DNA of 64,000 bases. Source: Octopus vulgaris. Its lineage: Eukaryota. Under the pieces are notes generated by a model that saw nothing but the letters and a program-made list of their open reading frames with translations, was not told where the DNA came from and did no database searches. Both the position numbers and the translations under genes were made by a program. Numbering within the stretch: position 1 is the stretch's first letter; every line of letters begins with the position of its first letter. Shown one piece after another: positions 12,669 to 25,679 of the stretch. The stretch lies in assembly GCA_951406725.2 (NCBI GenBank), contig OX597823.1, positions 67,766,001-67,830,000 of the forward strand, in the 5' to 3' direction.

Positions 12669-12727
12669 AGATTATTTTGTCCAGTGCATTAGAAATTCTG
12701 CCAGGGTTTATACTTTATCTTTTTGAT

Positions 12728-13090
12728 ATTGGTTTCAAATTTTTTGGCAGAAGGCCAACAAGTTTGGGGTAGGAAGAAAGCCAATTACATCAATAGCAGT
12801 GCTTGATTGGTACTCATATTATTGACTCCTAGAAGATGAAAGGCAAAGTCGACCTTGGCAGAATTTGAACTCAGAATGTGAAGATGGATGAAGTGCTGCT
12901 CCAAGTATTTTACCTGGTTTGCTAACAATTCTGCCAGCTCACCGCTGTTTGCTTTCTCTCATCATTGATATTGGCAGGATGAAAGGTTAAAGTGACCTTG
13001 TTGAGATTTGAATTCAGAACATAAAATGCTGGCACAAATACAACAAGACATTTTGTTTGAGTCTTTAACAATTCTGCCAATCGACCATCA
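12728..13090 (-). mobile_element. Two Nin-domain-like SINE copies
   Basis: gatgaaaggcaaagtcgaccttggcagaatttgaactcag and a second partial copy at 12975-13085. Confidence 0.75.
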
Positions 13091-13105
13091 TTATTGAAGC
13101 ATGAC

Positions 13106-13521
13106 ATCATAATTGGAATTACTTGAAAGTTGTAACTTCATAGAATAAAATAATTGCTTTATATTACATTGAACACTGCGATTTAACACTATGCTGACTC
13201 AGCCATCTGCAGCTGCAGCCTGTTCACCATAAATGCTGTGTCATAATATCATTGATGACATAACTGTAATAAAATGAAGGATTTACTGGATATTTAAAAA
13301 TTGCTATTCAACATCTCAATGAACTTTCTTGTTGAAAGAATTGAGTGGTCATATACTGAATGAATGAATCACTCTTATGGAGAGAGAGAGAAGGGAGTGT
13401 GACAGACAGATAAACAGAGGTGAAAGAGAGAACTATGGATAGCAGAATCAATAGAGTGATTGACAAAAAGCCTTGGAGTATTTAGTCATTTCCCTTCATG
13501 CTCTCCGTTCAAATCTGGTTA
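13106..13521 (+). repeat. ~415 bp direct duplication, source copy of 14912-15318
   Basis: atcataattggaattac...caaatctggtta; this copy continues into the rest of a Nin-SINE. Confidence 0.95.
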
Positions 13522-13884
13522 AATTCAACTTTGACTTTCTTACTTCCAGAGTTGATAAAATTAATTAGGTGCCATTTAATTGAATGCTTCCCCTCTCCCA
13601 CAAAATTATGGCTTTGTGTGTCTATGCTAGAAATATATTACTTTTAGATAGTTGGGTGGTTTGGTAGTTATGGTAAACGCTTCAGTCTAAATGCCTTCCA
13701 GCAGTTAATCTTGACCTATGTTCTGCCAGGTTTAATTTTACTATTCACTGTTTTAGACTTTATGTTATAAATATCAGTAATGTAATGAGGATTGATTCAA
13801 ATAGCTGAGTACAGTACTGGCTGGGAGGTTGAAATATTCACTTTGAAACTGTACGGTTCTAGGTTTGATTCTGCTTCTTGACAC

Positions 13885-14408
13885 TCAGATTATTCTGCTT
13901 ATTTATTCATATTGTTTTCAATTAATCATACATTATCTCGTAGCTTTGAAGGTGCGTGGCTTAGTGGTTAGGACATTCGGCTCACGATTGTAAGGTCGTG
14001 AGTTCGAATCCCGGCGACACGTGTCCTTGAGCAAGACACTTTATTTCATGTTGCTCCAGTCCACTCAGCTGGTAAAAATGAGTTTGTACCTGTATTTCAA
14101 AGGGCCGGCCATGTCACACTTTGTGTCACGCTGAATCTCCCTGAGAACTACGTGTCTGTAGATTGCTCAGTCCCTTGTACGTTAATTTCATGAGTAGGCT
14201 GTTCCGTTGATCATATCAGCTGGGACTCTCGTCGTCGTAACCGACAGAGTGCTCCTATTTTGTAGCTTTGAGATTTTGATGATGCATTTATTTAATTTTA
14301 GAATGACATTGCAGAGTAGTTGTGAAAAGCTTGATTTAGTCAGTTTGAACACAAAGCATGTAGAATATCTGGACCTGAAATAGACGGTTTGGATGCTAAA
14401 GGGTTGAA
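13885..14408. mobile_element. piggyBac-like MITE, second copy, split by a SINE
   Basis: aattaatcatacattatctcgtagctttga...gatgctaaagggttgaa, homologous to 755-934. Confidence 0.65.
13950..14261 (+). mobile_element. CORE-type tRNA SINE family B with TSD
   Basis: A box tggcttagtgg, B box gagttcgaatcc, core gtgtccttgagcaagacactt; TSD gtagctttga at 13940-13949 and 14262-14271. Confidence 0.9.
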
Positions 14409-14599
14409 CAAATGTTAGAAAATTAGCAGAAGTATGTTATCGTTAGCAACATTGGCGTTGTAAGAAGAACAAAGGGGAGGAGACTCAATACATGTATAGA
14501 AGTATAGAGCATATATTTATGACTTAGGGAATTGAAGATAGAATTCTTTTCAGTGACTGATTAGTTTCATCTCAGAATAAAAACTTATTGTGTGTGTGT

Positions 14600-14640
<41 letters not shown>

Positions 14641-14649
14641 TAAATATAA

Positions 14650-15383
14650 ATAATGATGGTGATATATTGAATATTAACTTAATTTAATTAACATTCAATT
14701 TAAAACCAGTAGCCTAGCATATAGAAAAATCTGAAAATTCAGAAAAATTGTAATACATGCATATAATAAAATGCGTATAATAAGAGATGACCACTAAGTG
14801 GACATCCAATATGCTAGAAGAAGATCATCTACAATCTAACTACAAAGAAAAGAATGTTCTCTAGAGAAATTCAGCAAACACCAGAACAAAAGCGGGTAAG
14901 ACAGATGAAAAATCATAATTGGAATTACTTGAAAGTTGTAACTTCATAGAATAAAATAATTGCTTTATATTACATTGAACACTGCGATTTGACACTATGC
15001 TGACTCAGCCATCTGCAGCTGCAGCCTGTTCACCATAAATGCTGTGTCATAATATCATTGATGACATAACTGTAATAAAATGAAGGATTTACTGGATATT
15101 TAAAAATTGCTATTCAACATCTCAATGAACTTTCTTGTTGAAAGAATTGAATCACTCTTATGGAGAGAGAGAGCGAGAGAGAGAGAGAAGGGACTGTGAC
15201 AGACAGATAAACAGAGGTGAAAGAGAGAACTATGGATAGCAGAATCAATAGAGTGATTGACAAAAAGCCTTGGAGTATTTAGTCATTTCCCTTCATGCTC
15301 TCCATTCAAATCTGGTTATACAAAATACAGAATTTAAATCGTAGATGATCTTCTTCTAGCATATTGGATGTCCAATTATACGC

Positions 15384-15388
<5 letters not shown>
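14650..15388. mobile_element. TA-embedded element with inverted arms enclosing a duplicated local segment (14912-15318)
   Basis: tggacatccaatatgctagaagaagatcatctac (~14799-14832) is inverted at ~15340-15374; (TA)n on both sides. Confidence 0.65.
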
Positions 15389-15421
<33 letters not shown>

Positions 15422-15637
15422 GGGTTCTTCCAGTTTCTGTTCATGAAATCTACTGATAAAGCTTTATCCAGCCTAGGACTATGGTAAGAAACATGTATTC
15501 AAGGTGCCATACAGTGTGCTAAACCCAAAACCTTGCAGTTGGGAAGCAAACTTTTCAAGCCTACAGCTGAGCATGTACTTCTCTCTCTCTCTTTGTATGT
15601 ATGTGTGTGTGTGTGTATATATATATTTTCAAAATGT

Positions 15638-15848
15638 GACCGCGTGTGTATCGTTAGCGATTTTTTTTTTTTCCTCCGTCTTCCCTTCCTTGGATCTTTC
15701 CTTTTCCTATGTTTCTGACGAAGAGCTTTGCTTAAAACGTTAAATCCTCCTTCTTTCTTTCCTTTCCTGAGCATCCTATAGCACTATACTTGTTCCACGT
15801 CCTCGCATTGTTGTGTTTTCTCTTTGTGTTTTCATGTTTGAATTAACC
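15638..15848 (+). mobile_element. ~200 bp hammerhead-bearing element (family H1)
   Basis: Homologous to 21997-22190; gtttCTGACGAagagc-ttt-gctt-AAAAcgttaaa (GAAA mutated). Confidence 0.75.
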
Positions 15849-15865
15849 ATATATATATATATATA

Positions 15866-16390
15866 TCATCATCATCATCATTTAACGTTCGCTTTCCATG
15901 CTAGCATGGGTTGGACGGTTCAACTGGGGTCTGGGGAGCCCGAAGGCTGCACCAGGCCAGTCAGATCTGGCAGTGTTTCTACAGCTGGATGCCCTTCCTA
16001 ATGCCAACCACTCCGAGAGTGTAGTGGGTGATTTTATGTGCCACCGACACAGGTGCCAGACGAGGCTGGTGAACGGCCATGCTCGGATGGTGTTTTTTTT
16101 CATGTGCCACCGACACATGTGCCAGACGAGGCTGGCAGACGGCCACGCTCGGATGGTGTTTTTATGTGCCACCGACACAGGTGCCAGATGAGGCTGGCGA
16201 ACGACCATGATCGGATGGTGTTTGTTACGTGCCCACAGCACGGAGGCCAGTCGATGTGTTACTGGCTACGGCCACGTTCGGATGGTTTTCTTGTGTGCCA
16301 CCGGCACTGGTACCACAAGGATACAAATTCCATTGATGTTCATCTATTTTGATTTGTTTTGATTTGATTTGATTTGATTTTGATTTTGAT
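15866..16390 (-). mobile_element. RTE 3' UTR with ~5 hairpin units
   Basis: Repeated tgtgccaccgacacaggtgccagacgaggctggc...gctcggatggtg; near-identical inverted copy at 59386-60003. Confidence 0.9.
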
Positions 16391-18939
16391 ATATATATAT
16401 ATATTTCCTTTTCCCTTGGTTTGTATAGATCTCTGTCTCATGCTCCTTGGTTTGTGTATGTGAGACATTGCCGTTTGGAGATTAAGTGATTGCTCTACTT
16501 TACATTGGGAAGATTTTTATCACCGCTGAACTTAATGAAACTAGAAGACAAGCAAATGAGTAATCCTGTATTTGGTTGCTCAGCTTGCTTGAAATAACAG
16601 CCAAATATCCATCAAATTTCACTTTGTCCCACCATCTGAAAAAAAGCAAGGGACATATTAGATAATATAGTCTTAGATATGCATTGCCAGTATGAAGAAA
16701 GATTATCATGGCAAAAATACATTTGATTATAGATCAGCTAAGTCATGATTGATCAATGATTAAACTACAAAAACAAACAACAGATCAAAGGAGAATCCAA
16801 CAGAGTCTGTTGCCTTGCCATCAGCTGAATAATTTGAAAGCCAACAGGCAATATATGAGAGGAACTGTGGACCAGGGGATCAAAGCATCATTGGCAATGA
16901 GCTACAAACGGTATATCAAGGAATAGACTTCCTTAGCTAGCTCTGATTTCCATACTGTGATGACCATGATGACATATAATCCAACCAGCTTTTTGATCCT
17001 CTCATAAATAAGGATATGAGAATAATATGAGGCTTGAAGGAATTGGGAGAATTCTTGCCAGATTTGGCATTAATTATACTAATTTACTATTTTCAGAGTA
17101 AGTCTTGGGCAATAGGGTATTTCATCATGTGAAACGCCATTTGATATATTTATTTATTGATTGATTTTAATATAGAATATGCTTGGGTTTAATTTTTGCT
17201 TGTTTGTGTGTGATAACAGCATCAACATGTGGGAAGTTATTAAAGTACACCATTTCAATCTAGCTATTCTTCTGTTTAGCTATTCTTCTGTAGGTTTCTT
17301 AATTTACAAAGACAAAAAAAAAAGAAAATTCTGTTCTTTGTTTTGCATTTCCTTGACATTACAACACGAGCAAGTGAAAGAAAAGGACAGAAGCTATAGA
17401 AATACAGAGATAGTGATAGAGGAAGAGTAAGAAGACGGGAGGAGAGAGAGAGAGAGAGTAATGTGGTGAGTAAAGAAGGAGAGGTTATTAACCATTTGTG
17501 ACATTATCAGCTTACAGATTCTTTTGAACAGATTGACATATTAATGCAGTTAGGATCTGCAGCTGTTTATGTCTTAAGTGATTGTTTGAAGTAGCTGACA
17601 TGGAACACAGATACAAGGAAATAATAATAATGATAATAATAATAATAATGGGTCAAAGCAACACTTTAACAAACAATCCATATCATATATATATATATAT
17701 ATATATAAACAAAACGTGTGTGTATGCATGTATGTATGTATATCATTCTATGAATTTTGTTGTTGAGCAGCTACAAGGTAGCCCTAATCAAGTGGACCCA
17801 TGATAAATGTTGTTCTAGCTATGAACATCATGTTTTTACTTTAGACATTATATATATATATATATATACACACACATATGTGTGTATATGTATGTATATA
17901 TGAATTTATATATATATATATAAATATGTGTGTATATCAATATATATATACATGTATATATATATCTATATTTATATATATGTATATATATAAATATGTA
18001 TATGTATATATATATATATAAATTTTATTTATTCTTTTCGAATATTTACTACTGTACCAAGGACATTCTATTTCTACTGTGATTATATGTGAGTGTGTGT
18101 GCGTATCCAGTTATATGCCATACCCAGTAAATATATTTCTTGATGTTACAGAGGTGAATGTGAAGCATATAAATGAAAGGGAGAAGGAAGAATGAAAAAA
18201 AAGAGAGTAAATCTAAAAAAAAAATGATAAAATTTAACAAGCGAGTTCTGGGAGAGAAGAGAAATGATGAAAAAAATTGAAGGAAAAGTGGAGAAAAATT
18301 ATTTCAATAAATCACCGATAAATTAAATATATATCAAACATAATGCTGGTGAAAGTTCATGGGGATATGCTACCGGTGCAAAGTCCTGGAAGATAGAAAT
18401 GTCCATAATATGATGAGGAGGTGATAATTGAAAATCTTTAGAAAACCAATAGATGCGTAAGCATATGATGGAGTTTTAAGCATTTATAATGGAAGAAAGG
18501 TGAAAGCGAAAGTCCTGAGAATTCTGGGAAGGAGGGGCTTGTGTATGTAGAAATGGTGTAGGTGTATTAAGAGCATGTGGGTAGGTGTGGATAAAAAAAG
18601 TTAAAAGGGAAAGAAATCTTTAGGGAGATGAGCTAGTGGGTGAATGGCAGTACGTATGTGTTTGTGGAGAGTGGATATGTGAAGGTGAGCATGCATGACC
18701 ATGAAGATGTGTAAGGGTGTGTGTGTGTGTGCATTCGTGCATGCATGTGTGTGAAGAGATTAGTGTATGTACAAGGCAGTGCTGAAAAGTTCCTGGCTTT
18801 GGGTAAAAAAAATACAAGAGGATCAATTAATTATGATTTAATCCAATATATTCCTCTCTCAAATTAACACACTTATTGCTTTGTTTTTATAAACCCTTTT
18901 GTTCTGGTAGATGTTATACCAACAATACACCAAAGCCAT

Positions 18940-19302
18940 ATCAAATGGCCAAAAGCCCTTTGGGTCATTCCTTCTCCTTCAACTTTCTAACACCCTCCGT
19001 AGAATCTTTACTGCTCCTAACAAGGCTGTTTTCTGCAACATCCCCATTCTGATGGTAATTCTTAGCTTCTCAAGTCATGCATCCAACCTTTAACCAGCTT
19101 CCCCCAGTGTGCCAACCACAATCAGTACCACTTCTACATGCCTGATTCTCCATAGTTTCCTGATTTCCTACTTCAACTGATATATCTCCACTTTTTCATT
19201 TTCCTTCTCATTCATCCTGTGGTCCCACGGTGAAGCAATATCCACAATAATTGCTTTGTTCTTCATCTTTTCTACAACAACAATGTCAGGTTTTCTATCC
19301 AC
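18940..19302 (-). mobile_element. R4/Dong-type non-LTR retrotransposon 3' fragment (restriction-like endonuclease)
   Basis: RKPDIVVVEK..KAIIVDIASPWD...EKVEIYQ...IVVGTLG: PD..D RLE motif. Confidence 0.8.
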
Positions 19303-19436
19303 AAGGGCATCCAGCTGTAGAAACTCTGCCAGATGAAGACTGGAGCCTGGTGCAGCCATTTGGTTTGCCAGTCCTCAGTCAAATCATCCAACCCATGCTA
19401 GCATGGAAAGCGGACGTTAAACAATGATGATGATGA
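19303..19436 (+). mobile_element. Short RTE 3' end fragment
   Basis: aagggcatccagctgtagaaac...ggacgttaaacaat(gat)n. Confidence 0.85.
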
Positions 19437-19479
19437 ATAAAATGGTCATACTGGATGGTCATGTCCCACAAGATCTCGT

Positions 19480-19915
19480 ATTGCTGGGCAAAATACTTAG
19501 TGGTATTTCATCCATATTTACATTCTGAGTTCAAAAGTTGTCAAGGTTGACTTTTCCTTTCATCCTTTTGGGGTTGATGAAATAAGTACCAGTTGAATGC
19601 TGGGGTTTATGTAACTGACTTACTTCCACCCTCCCCTGAAATTACTGACATTGTGCTAAAATTTGAAATCATCATTACTATCATTATTATCATCATTAAG
19701 GCAGCAAGCTGGCAGAATTGTTAGCACACTGGGAAAAATGCTGAGCAGCATTTCATCCATCCATATGTTCTGAGTTCGAATTCTGCTAAGGTTGACTTTG
19801 CCTTTCATCCTTTTGGGGTCAATAGAATAAGTACCTGTGGAGCACTGGGGTCGATGTAATCAACTGTCCCCTCCCTCAAATTTCAAGCTTTGTGCCTACA
19901 GTAGAAAGAATTATT
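19480..19915 (+). mobile_element. Two tandem Nin-domain-like tRNA SINEs
   Basis: gagttcgaattctgctaaggttgactttgcctttcatccttttggggtcaatagaataagtacc; ATT-rich tails. Confidence 0.8.
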
Positions 19916-21066
19916 ATTATTGTTATTTGATGATAATGATGATGATCATCATCATCTTCATTATTTAACTTCTACTTTCCATGCTGGCATGGGTCAGATG
20001 GTTTGACAGTAGCTAGTGAGCTGGAGGACTGAGCCAAGCTCTACTGTCTGTTTTGGCATGATTTCTACAGCTCAATGCTATTCCTAATGCCAACCACTTT
20101 ACAGCTTACACTGGGTTATTTTTTTCTTTTTTATGTAGCACCAGCACCATGATGGTCAGGAATAATGATATGATAGTCACGGCTGGAATGGTTTTGATCA
20201 AAGATCTACTCAGTCAAGACTGACTCAGGGTTAAACCCAAACAACAAAAGTAAAGGGCATGATATTTTGTCCCACATAAATCAGTAAGAAGGTCCTTAAA
20301 AATTATTTGAAGCATTTCTGAAATGATTAAACAGCAAATACTATTGTTTAAATTATAACACAAGCAAATCAAAATACCAAGTTTCTGGTAATTGACCCTC
20401 ACATCAGCCCTTAACCCCTCCACCAGAAGACAGAGATGGGGCCTCTTTGTGGTTGCTTGGCTTTTTCAAAGTCTTTCTTTTTTACCGTTTAGTAAGGATG
20501 CAGAGCAAGTGCTTGTGATTGTTTTAAAGGCTTCTGAAACTGTGAAAGGGAAGGGGAAGGTATGTTCAGATGATAGACCTGGTCTTGGATACTTGCAACT
20601 GCATGGACCCTGCTAAAAGCACCTAAGTGCCAAATGGATGGTGCTAGAAACAGCAACCAAAAATTGTTTCAAATAACACTCTGCTATCTCAGAACAGAAC
20701 ATGTTGAATGATGTGGTCCCAGGTTTGATGGGGTGGTCATAGAGTGGAATGTCTTTGATCATAGGTGTGTTCACTCAGGATTGACCTATGAGTCAGTCCT
20801 GATTCATAAATATAGTTGGTGTGGGTTGGACTGAACTAAAACAAACAAGGCCAATAACCATTCATGTGAAACAGTGAAGCAATAAAACTGCTCAAGCTAA
20901 TAGGGAAAGGCAACAGAGAGAGAGAGAATTCTTATACAGTCAATCGATCTACTAGAATCAGCAGCCAAATAACATTCAAATTACACCCTTATCAATAAAT
21001 ACTTTCTTTAAAAAAATGAAAATACACATTGAACCATGTAGTTCTAGAGACACTCACACCACTGAA

Positions 21067-21106
<40 letters not shown>

Positions 21107-21996
21107 AAAGAAAAATGTGATGAGATGGTCACAGCTGAAATGTCTTTCATTATAGATTTGTTTGATCTGGTCTGATCTGATAGTAAACAAAAAATATAAA
21201 ATTAACTTTCTAATCTTGTTATAGTTGATAATATTTTCTTGTGTTTTTAAAAATTAATTTGATAATTTTTGATTAATCTTTTGAAATTAATCTCTCAGTA
21301 GAAAGATTAAGGCACAATTGTTGTGGTAAGGTTAAGGTGTTGAACTACTGACTTGGTGTTATAAGTTTAAATCTTAATTTTAAGATATTTTGTTAAAGCT
21401 TCATCCCTTCCCTTGAGAAAAGACATGCATATACCTCTAGTTTTCTTGAATGAAAGAAGGGAAAACAGAAAAAGAAAAACCCCGCAAAAAAGTTTGAGTG
21501 GTTGGCATTAGGATGGTGGTGGTAGTGTGGTTGCTCATTTAACTGTAAAATCAATTGTTTCAATAAAATCATTATCTCGGTCATGCAACTGTAGAGAGAA
21601 ATAACAATCAATAAAAAAAACAATTTTTTTTTTGTAAAAACATTGAAAAGCAAACAAAATAAATTAACAATAAAAATAATTGTGTTTTGGCTCCGACATC
21701 TGGGACTTTGCTGCTGTTACACAAACAAATATCTTAGGCTGCATGCAAAACAAAAGATGTTCCAAATGATTGACACAGAGGTCACTCATTAAACATTCCA
21801 GACTCTAACCCAATTACAATAAATGTAGGCATGGCTATGGGGTAAAAAGCTTGCTTCTTAAGCACATGAATCCAGGTTCAGTCTCACTACATGGCACTTT
21901 GGGTAAATATCTTCTATGGCCTTGGGCTGACAAAAGCCTTGTGAATGGATTTGGTAGATGGAAACTGAAAGAAGCTCATTGTGTATGTGTATATGT

Positions 21997-22186
21997 GACC
22001 ACGTGTGTATCGTTGGCGATTTGTTTTCCTCTGTCTTCCCTTCCTTTGATCTTTCCTTTTCCTATGTTTCTGATGAAGAGCTCCGCTTGAAACGTTAAAT
22101 CCTCCTTCTTTCTTTCCTTCCTTTCTTGAGCGTCCAATAACACTATATTTGTTCCACGTCCTCGTGTTGTGTTTTCGTGTTTGGAT

Positions 22187-22190
<4 letters not shown>
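21997..22190 (+). mobile_element. ~195 bp hammerhead-bearing element (family H1)
   Basis: Inserted in the SINE TA/TG tract; homologous to 15638-15848. Confidence 0.8.
22066..22100 (+). ncRNA. Minimal type I hammerhead ribozyme motif
   Basis: gttt CTGATGA a gagc-tcc-gctt GAAA cg TT aaat; stem III is the palindrome AACGTT. Confidence 0.7.
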
Positions 22191-22217
<27 letters not shown>

Positions 22218-22505
22218 GTTTGCGTTTTTTTGTGTCTGTGTTTGTCCCTCATCACTGCTTGACAACCAATGTTAGCGTGTTTATGTCCCTGTAACTTAGC
22301 AGTGTGGTGAAAGTGACTAATAGAATAAGTACCAGGTTTAAAAAGATAAAATAAGTCCTGGAGTCAATTTGCTTGACTAAAATTTTTAAAAGTGGTGCCC
22401 CTGCATGGCTGTAGTCAAATGACAGAAACAAATAAAAGATAAAAGATCACACAAACAGCAGTCACTCTGTAGGGTGAACTACAGTTACCTTCTGGTTCTG
22501 TGTTA

Positions 22506-23778
22506 TTAGGTTGTTCCGAAAATAATAGCTGATTCCAGAAACAATTTTATTCTGGAGAAATTAACAATAGATATGTTTTGATTAGTCAAAGTATGAGCCA
22601 TGAACATCTATACATCTCTGCCATCAATCAACGAGATTATTTATGCCTCATTGATGAAAACTTATTGGTTTTGATGCTAAGAAATCTTTGAAAGATGATT
22701 CCACCTCTGGTTTGGACCTGAAAGTTTTATCACTTAAAAACGTGTTTAAATGCTTTCAAAAATGGTAATCAGTGGTGAAATATTAGGAGAATATGGAAGA
22801 TGTAGTAAAGTCTCGAATCCCAAGTCTGTGAGTTTCTGCAGCATCATTCTTGCAACATGTGGCTTTACATTATCGTGAAGCAGAATTGGGCCACACTGAT
22901 TCACCAATGCAGGCTTCATTTTTTGAAAGTGAGCATGCATTTCAGTGAATTGATTGCAGTAATTCTGTAGTGCTCTGATTGGCTTCCAGAAAGCTGTAAT
23001 GGACAACACCAATTGCAGACCACCAGACAGTCACCATAATCATTTGCTGATGCAACTTTGGCTTTGAGAAATGTTTGGGGGACTCATCACAATCAAGCCA
23101 TTGAACAGATCATTTACAGTTATCATAAAGGATCCACTTTTCACCACAAGTGACTATTCTGTCAAGAAAAGGATCGTTGATGTTTCACAGAAAGAGCATT
23201 GAGTACACTTCAGAAAGCCAAACTTTTTGATTTTCTTTGAGCTCATGCAGTACCCATTTATTGAGCTTTTTCACCTTACTAATCTTCTGCAGATTGCATG
23301 AGACCATTTCGATACTGACACCAAGTGCCTGAGACATTTCTCTAATACTTTGACATGGGTTTTGTGTAACAATTGCTTTCAATTGTTCATTGTCAAGACT
23401 GCATGACCATCCTCTATCTTCTTCATCATCAAGGCTCTCATCACCACTATGGAATTTCTGACACCACTTTCGTACTGTGTGATCACTTGTGGACCCTTCT
23501 CCCCATGCTCTGTTGATATTGGCAGCAGTTTGGGAGGCATTGTGCCCAAGCTTGAACTCCTGAAAGAAAAGTAAGCCGTCTTTTTTTGTCATGTTTATAA
23601 TTAAGGGTGCCTATGCTTCAAGAATGTTTTCTGTCTGAATTAAGTAGAAAATTATTAAAGAACATACATCAATTATTAAGTATGTCAAAATTCACCAAAA
23701 ATATAATTAAAATACTATGATAAAAGTGTGTTTCAAAACACAACACTTAGAGCAGCTATTATTTTCAGAACAACCTAA
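22506..23778 (-). mobile_element. Full-length decayed mariner transposon (cecropia/Hsmar1-like)
   Basis: TIRs ttaggttgttccgaaaataatagctg / cagctattattttcagaacaacctaa, TA TSDs; peptides EFKLGHNASQTAANINRAWG, WVLHEL, LLHDNVKPH, LPYSPNISP; frameshifted. Confidence 0.95.
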
Positions 23779-23844
23779 TAACTATTATTTTCCAATTATA
23801 TTCTGTCTCAGTCTTATCCTTCTGAAATGACCAAAATGCATATG

Positions 23845-24033
23845 TGCAAGTGTAGCTGTGTGGTTAAGAAACTATCTTCTCAACTAAGTGGTTACAGGTT
23901 CAGTTCTACTATGTGGCACTCTGGGCAAATGCCTTCTGCTATACATCCAGGCTAACCAAAACCTTGCAAGTAAACTTGGTAGATGGAAACAGAAAGAAGC
24001 CTGTTGTATATGTGCAAGTGTAAGTGTAGTGTA

Positions 24034-24075
<42 letters not shown>

Positions 24076-24772
24076 TGTCTTGACCTCATATGGTGAAGGC
24101 ACGTGGCCTAGTGGTTAGGTTATTCAGCTTGTGACTGTAAGATTGTGAGTTTGATGGTCAGTGATGCGTTGTATCCTTGAGAAAAACACTTTACTTCACA
24201 ATTCTCCAGTTCACTCAGCTGGCAAAAATGTGCTGTACCAGTATTTTAAAAAGCCAGCTTGTCACATTCTGTGTCATACCGAAGAATCTCTCTGAGAACT
24301 ATGTTCGTGTGTGTGTCTTTGTGTTTGTCCTTTCCACACCACTTAACAACCAGTGTTGGTTTGTTTATGACTCCTTTACTAAGTGATTTGGCAATAGAGA
24401 CTAATAAAATAAGTACAAGACTTTAAAAGAATAAGTACTCAATTCTGTTGTGGTGGGCTGTGCCACATAAAAAGCATTGGTGTGGGTACTGGTACCACAT
24501 CAAAAGCACCCAGTGCATTCTGTAAAGTGTTTTGCATTAGGAAGGGCATCCAGCCAGAGAAACCAAGTCAAAACAGACTATGGAACCTGGTGTAGTTCCT
24601 GACCTTGCCAGTTCCCTTCAAGCTGCCCAAACAATGCCAGCATGGGAAACGGATGTTCAATGTTGATGATGATGAAGTACTGGAGTTGGTTTGTTTGGCT
24701 AAAAACCATTGAAGACAGTGCTCCAGCAAGGCCACAGTTCAATAACTAATACAAGTAAAAGATGAAAGATGA
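23845..24772 (+). mobile_element. Nested cluster: SINE A containing SINE B (24093-24305) and an RTE 3' end (24440-24675)
   Basis: Each part matches other copies in the window; SINE A resumes after each insert. Confidence 0.75.
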
Positions 24773-25679
24773 GTGAAGCAGAATTTGTACATATTCTTAT
24801 GTTCCAAACTTTTGACAAAGTAAATGAAATACGTGGTACATTTTAAAATGGCTGTATTTTCGCTTTGTTTTGTCTTGTTGTTTCCAAACAATGGTCATGT
24901 TTTTGGTTTTGTTATGAGAATTCTTCCAGAGATTTGCTGCAAACGAAGTCTATCTAAAAATAGCACTAAAGAAAAATGAAACAAAAATAAATAGATTACT
25001 AGGAACATATGCTTAATTAATCCTCAACAGAACCTGATTTATCAATACGTAATAATTTCCAAACAGCATGACTCAAGCTTAACAAATCTATAGAAAAATA
25101 AGCAATGTATATAGAAAATCAGTTGAAAATACTTCAGGAATGGATAAGAGTAGCTGCTCTTTGTTTATATTTCATTACTGTTTGTTTTTTGTTTTTATGA
25201 TTAATTCTAAAATATATATGAAAACGCAGCACATCTTCATTATGAAGAAACTTTAATAAAGGAGTTAATATGTTATGATACATTGTATATGTATGTGTAT
25301 ACAGCATATGTATATACTGTATGTACATATGTGAACATGTGTGTGTTTGTGTGTGTGGTTACAGGAGATAAGGTTGGACAACTGCTGTGCTGACGATGGC
25401 TTTTGAACCAGAAATATGTGCTGATGACTTACCTCCAGACAATAAGTCTATCCTTTTCCTTGATGCCATGTAAACTTGGGAGAATTCTTGAATATGGATA
25501 TTAACTCCACTTCATATAGTGGAGATGTTCATAATTGGCATTTGGTAATTATAATACATCCTCTAGATGTGGAGATTATTTTTTTTTTTAAATCAAGAAC
25601 TTCTGTTGTAAGGTATTTGGTATACCTGTATTTGTCCATGTGTTCAAATATATGTCATGGCCCACTCTAAGTTATTATC

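Larger units (their letters stand above)
21826..22447 (+). mobile_element. SINE family A split at its internal microsatellite
   Basis: 5' half to ~21995, 3' half from ~22230. Confidence 0.85.

Noticed and set aside
13950-14020. tRNA gene candidates at SINE heads
   Set aside because: A/B boxes run into SINE bodies and there is no complete cloverleaf.
18240-18620. Possible PLE GIY-YIG remnant on the minus strand (SPPHHIMDISIF)
   Set aside because: Too decayed to support.
25432-25562. Minus-strand exon candidate with a strong GAG/gtaagt donor
   Set aside because: Stops in all three frames and a weak acceptor.
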